The notes under the pieces: model-generated
The model's input: the letters and a program-made list of their open reading frames with translations, nothing else
Databases searched by the model: none
What the model was told of the DNA's origin: nothing
Shown here: positions 6,917-7,946 of the stretch, in pieces
Numbering within the stretch: the stretch's first letter is position 1
Layout of the letters: each line of letters opens with the position of its first letter
Assembly: GCF_006345805.1 (NCBI RefSeq)
Contig: NW_021828753.1
Coordinates: 1-7,946, forward strand
Direction of reading: 5' to 3'
Source: Octopus sinensis
Lineage: Eukaryota
DNA length: 7,946 nucleotides
Program-made: the position numbers and the translations under genes

Positions 6917-7253
6917 AACTGGCATTGTTCTTCACTAGTTTGGCCCAGACAATGTACGTAGATCTTTGATATGATCAAAGGCGTTACATCCATGACCATC
7001 CTGTTTTCTTCATTGATACAATATTCACAAACCCACATTAGTCAATGTCTTACTTTTAAAAAAATAATTACAGAGTGTAATTTGGCTCCTATTTCTAGCA
7101 ATTTTACGTTGTTAATCACACCGGCAAAGAACCCCTCTCTAATCTGTAGCCAGGAAGTTGGCGTTGGCGGCTTTCGACAGCATCCCGTGTGTATATTCAA
7201 AATTAAGGAGTACATTGGCCTGGTTACCCGGTTCTCAGAGGAAATGAAGACAG

Positions 7254-7299
7254 AATTGGCCAGGATAAGTTATTTCTTTATTAATTGGCCAGGATAAGT
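7254..7299 (+). repeat. 17-bp exact direct repeat AATTGGCCAGGATAAGT with a 12-bp spacer
   Basis: 7254-7270 is identical to 7283-7299. The spacer is TATTTCTTTATT. Confidence 0.9.
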
Positions 7300-7595
7300 G
7301 CGGTTCCATTTCACCAAATGACTGCTATGAATGCTGCGAGTTGATTCGATTTGATGAGAACCAAACTTAAATGGCATTTGGAAGCAATAAATTCCAACCA
7401 AGGAATAGTAGAACAGCAGACGTAAAAACGAAATTGCGTACAATGGAACCAATAACCGACCAATATTTCTGTTGTAGTTGTAGGTTTTTGTATTAATAGC
7501 AATAACATTTTCGTAACGTGATTCAACAGTAGATTAAGCACTTCTACAGAACTAATTAATCTTTGTTAATTTATTACTCACCGAGGGCTGTCGTG

Positions 7596-7946
7596 TTTTT
7601 ACATACATACATGCTATGTTGTTTTCTCCTTTAATGCTGTGTTCGCTTCCAATAAGTCCTCTTCCACCTCTTTCTTGGTACATACAGTCTATTTGTGTCA
7701 CTTTTTGGGTGGAGTAACCCATATCTAGTTAGCAATTTCCTTGTCTTTCTGCCTAAGCTGTTTAGTTTGTCTATTGACCATGCGATTACCCCTGCTCCAT
7801 ATCTAAGGAGTGAAACCGTCCAGGTGTTGATAGCTTCGATCTTATTCCGTCCATTTAATTTCGAATTAAGGATCAGTCTCAGTTTGCGCAAGTACTCCTC
7901 CTTATATTTTTCTGCCATTTCTTTCTCCATCAATTTACCCATTTCC
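7596..7946 (-). mobile_element. Non-LTR retrotransposon fragment (R4/Dong-like, RLE type), C-terminal RT/thumb region, frameshifted; continues beyond the window
   Basis: ORF 7631-7942 (EYLRKLRLILNSKLNGRNKIEAINTWTVSLLRYGAGVIAW...LGRKTRKLLTRYGLLHPKSDTNRLYVPRK) matches the R4/Dong motif string 'LxSKLNxxNKIxAINTWAV...RY..G...W...EL..LDRKTRK...HPKxDxxRLYxPRKxGGRGL'. GGRGL lies in a shifted frame at 7654-7668 and continues IGSEHSIKGENNIA. Confidence 0.9.

Noticed and set aside
6971-7297. 108-aa ORF as a protein-coding exon
   Set aside because: No recognisable domain and no convincing flanking GT donor. The C-terminus derives from the 17-bp duplication.
7254-7299. CRISPR-like repeat-spacer-repeat, or duplicated CAG|GTAAGT splice donor
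   Set aside because: Only two 17-bp repeats with a 12-bp spacer in eukaryotic DNA. The sequence is CAGGATAAGT, with no GT at the donor position.
7631-7942. Stand-alone 103-aa host CDS
   Set aside because: The ATG is an internal Met of a retrotransposon ORF that enters from beyond the window, and the stop results from a frameshift.

Overview
Eukaryotic, AT-rich, repeat-saturated non-coding DNA (intron or intergenic). It is most likely from a coleoid cephalopod such as Octopus, inferred from the SINE, mariner and LINE families and the very dense (TA)n/(TATG)n/(GAAA)n/(CT)n microsatellites. No intact host gene, rRNA, true tRNA or CRISPR array is supportable. The window holds a near-perfect but G5A-mutated minimal type-I hammerhead ribozyme of the Penelope-associated kind (2561-2602, minus strand). 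It also holds several tRNA-derived SINEs of two families, including a head-to-head inverted pair, an internally deleted mariner remnant with one TIR, and a complete 398-bp non-autonomous Helitron with an internal ~100-bp tandem duplication. The C-terminal RT region of an R4/Dong-like non-LTR retrotransposon runs off the right edge. Almost all ORFs in the six-frame track are microsatellite artefacts; only 7631-7942 is real, and it is transposon-derived. Repeat family names rest on recalled consensus sequences, not on database searches.
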